A DNA stretch of 62,044 nt, filler included, from Asterionella formosa (taxonomy: Eukaryota), in NCBI GenBank assembly GCA_002256025.1. It is 25 parts of 25 records of this genome, joined end to end, with 100 filler letters (N's around TTAATTAATTAA, not from the genome) between each part and the next. Parts side by side here need not be neighbours in the genome. Positions count along the whole stretch, not along the records: positions 59,666 to 62,044 come from NKIB01015349.1; 24 more parts are not named here. One strand, 5' to 3'. Position 1 is the first letter of the stretch. Each line of letters starts with the position of its first letter. A model generated the notes under the pieces. It was not told the origin of the DNA. It made no database searches and saw nothing but the letters and a program-made list of their open reading frames with translations. The position numbers were made by a program, and so were the translations under genes. This document shows, one piece after another, positions 59,666 to 62,044 of the stretch.

Positions 59666-62044
59666 AAAACTGAGACGCTAGATTTCAAACGTGATCATTC
59701 AGATGTTTTGTACTATTTCCAAGGAACTCATGGAATTTACCCAGGTGGGAGTGATATCTTATCTGCAGAGGTCATCACAACAAAATTGACCAGTATGGAC
59801 ATTAATGAAGCTCACGCCAAATACGGACATATTGGGGAAGCAGCATTGCGGGCTACTATGAAATCGCTTGGTATCAAAATGACAGGTGTGATGTATACAT
59901 GTGAAGGATGTGCGCTAGCTAAGGCTAAAGCAAAAAGTGTTCCTAAAATCACTATGAGCAAGGCTACTCAACCGGGCGAACGTTTGTGCACAGATATCAG
60001 CGGTCCATATAAAAAGTCGATTTTAGGAAATGACTATTGGATCCTTGTTGTTGATGATTACACCGGAAAATCTTGGAGTTTCTTTGTTAGGAAGAAGTCA
60101 CAGCTTGCTTCAAAGATTGAAGATTTGTTGACTAAACTCAAAAAGGCTGAGTATGTTACCAAGTTTCTCCGTTGTGACAATGCGGGTGAAAACGTCTCAG
60201 GTTTGACAAAACTATGCGACAAATTCAATATTCAAATCGAATTTACGGCACCCTACACACCACAACAGAATGGAATTGTTGAGCGAAAGTTTGTAACCAT
60301 TTGTCAACGAGCATGTGCAGTAATGTTTGCTGCAAAATTTAATGATGAATTTCACGGTTTACTTTGGGCAGAGGCCATCAACACCAACACACGAATCACG
60401 AACATTGTGGCCACATCTAATGATGTAAAATGTGCAGATGAGAAGTTTTACAAAAAGGTTCCAATGATTTACGATCATCTAATGCATTTTGGCAGGATCG
60501 GATGGGTGAAAATTGGTGCTAAGAAAACAAATAAACTCGAAGAAAAGGCCATTAAATGTGTGATGGTTGGTTATTCTCATGATCATGCTGGAGACACTTT
60601 CCAAATGTTTAACCCTCAGACAAGAAAGATTTTAAATAGTCGAAACATTTGCTGGGCTGATTGGCATGGCCAAACAAGTCCAATCGCAGGTTTGAGGGAT
60701 TTAATTGTGGAAGGGGACACAGAAGTGGTTGTTATTCCAATTGATGATGAAAAGCAGGACGAAGATGTTCTTCCTGTTGTGCCACCTATCTAGCAGGATA
60801 TTGATTTGGAAACACCTGTTCCAGTTGTGAAACAAACAAGATTTCAGCTATCTGAAGCAGTGGGAAAATTAGGTGATGAGATCAACAAAGATGCTTCGAA
60901 GAAAGCAAAATTGGAACGAGAATTGAAACGCCTTGATGGTTGGAAAGAAGTTACTGGCAAACGCAGTGCTCGGCGCAACTTACAACTAGATGACAAGGAC
61001 AAAGGATCAATTGAAGAAATAGATTTTTCTGAAGCGGCCTATCAAGATGATGATGAACTATTTCAAAGTGAAGAAGGAGTAGAGAGGTTCTATGCATATT
61101 CTACAACGCTTGCTTCCGATCCTGGGGAGCCAAAGCATTACAAGGAGGCTATGAAAGGAGACGAGAGCAAGCAGTGGACCGTTGCTATTAAAAATGAAAT
61201 CAACAATTTCTACAAGCGAAATGTTTGGAAAATGGTTCCTCGTGACAATCTCAAGGGCAGAAAACCCTTAGGCACACGCTGGGTATTCAAGAAGAAATCC
61301 GAGCAGGATAAAAGTATTCGATACAAAGGATGTGTTGTAGTGAAAGGCTACGTTCAGATCCCAGGACTGGATTTCACTGATTCATTTGCTCCAGTTGCAA
61401 CAGATGCTTCAATGCGTATGATATTCGCTCTCTCGTTCTACAAATGGGATAAGTCTGAAGAAATACGATGGGTTTGTGAAATCATTGATGTTGAAGCTGC
61501 TTTTCTTGAAGGAGACATGGAAGAGCAAATCTATATTGAATGGCCAGATGGGGTTTTAGACTTTGGTTTCGAAACACAAGAAACAATGAAAAACAAATGC
61601 AATAAGTTGGAGAAGGCCATGTATGGCACAGTTCAAGCAGCGCTACAATTTTTCAAGAAGATGGTTCAAAACTTAACGAAAGTTGGATTGAGGCAGAGCA
61701 AGGTCGATCCATGTGTATTCTTCATCAAGGAAAACAATGCACTAATCCTAATAAGTGCCACACATGTCGATGATTGTGCAATTGCTGGAAAGCCAAATGA
61801 TATTAAATGGTTCAAAAATGAAATCAAGAAACACTTCACAATTAAGGAGCTTGGCCCTTTGAAGAAGCATTTGGGAGTGTGGTACGATTGGGGCCAAGAT
61901 AAAGTGGGACGCTACTTAGAGTCGAGCATGGAGGATTTTGTGCATGTTATGCTCCAAGATTATCATGATATTTTTGGAAAGTATCCAAGAGATGCATCAA
62001 CCCCAGCATTTCCAGGAATTGTTCTCAGAATGAATCCAGACAAA
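59666..62044 (+). mobile_element. Ty1/Copia pol (integrase-RT), copy B, in-frame TAG at 60791-60793
   Basis: Reverse complement of 57187-59565 with identical endpoints and scattered SNPs. The RT frame is open to the window end. Confidence 0.97.

Noticed and set aside
57187..62044. Apparent 2.4-kb inverted repeat or giant palindrome
   Set aside because: Two separate contigs of equal length with identical endpoints (assembly bubble arms) placed side by side by size sorting. The centre is the artificial spacer.

Overview
This is not a continuous locus. It is 25 unplaced contigs of about 2.38-2.40 kb, roughly sorted by decreasing size. They are joined by an artificial 100-bp spacer (44 N + TTAATTAATTAA + 44 N), so adjacency across spacers means nothing. 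The DNA is eukaryotic and most likely a diatom (inference from short GT-AG introns, ASAF-like plastid presequences, CoDi-type Copia elements and Ambal-like LINEs). It is dominated by transposable-element pieces: Copia, Gypsy, non-LTR, PIF/Harbinger, a fossil IS630/Tc1/mariner-like transposase, tRNA-derived SINE-like heads and an unclassified DNA-element end. Host genes or fragments include a 2OG-Fe(II) oxygenase, two mitochondrial-carrier-family genes, a SNF2 helicase, a RanBP2 zinc-finger protein, annexins, an LRR protein and succinyl-CoA ligase alpha, plus pseudogenes (Rab GGTase alpha, ankyrin-kinase). The most striking unexplained signal is the pervasive TA-CCGG-TA / TA-CCWGG-TA motif family. 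Comparing repeat copies within the window shows these are de novo micro-insertions at TA sites with TA duplication, matching stacked Tc1/mariner-type excision footprints. Other highlights are an intron-split LSD1-type zinc-finger micro-protein with a CaaX box, a Gypsy LTR that may self-prime, a half-tRNA-Ile-type PBS, and several nested insertions.
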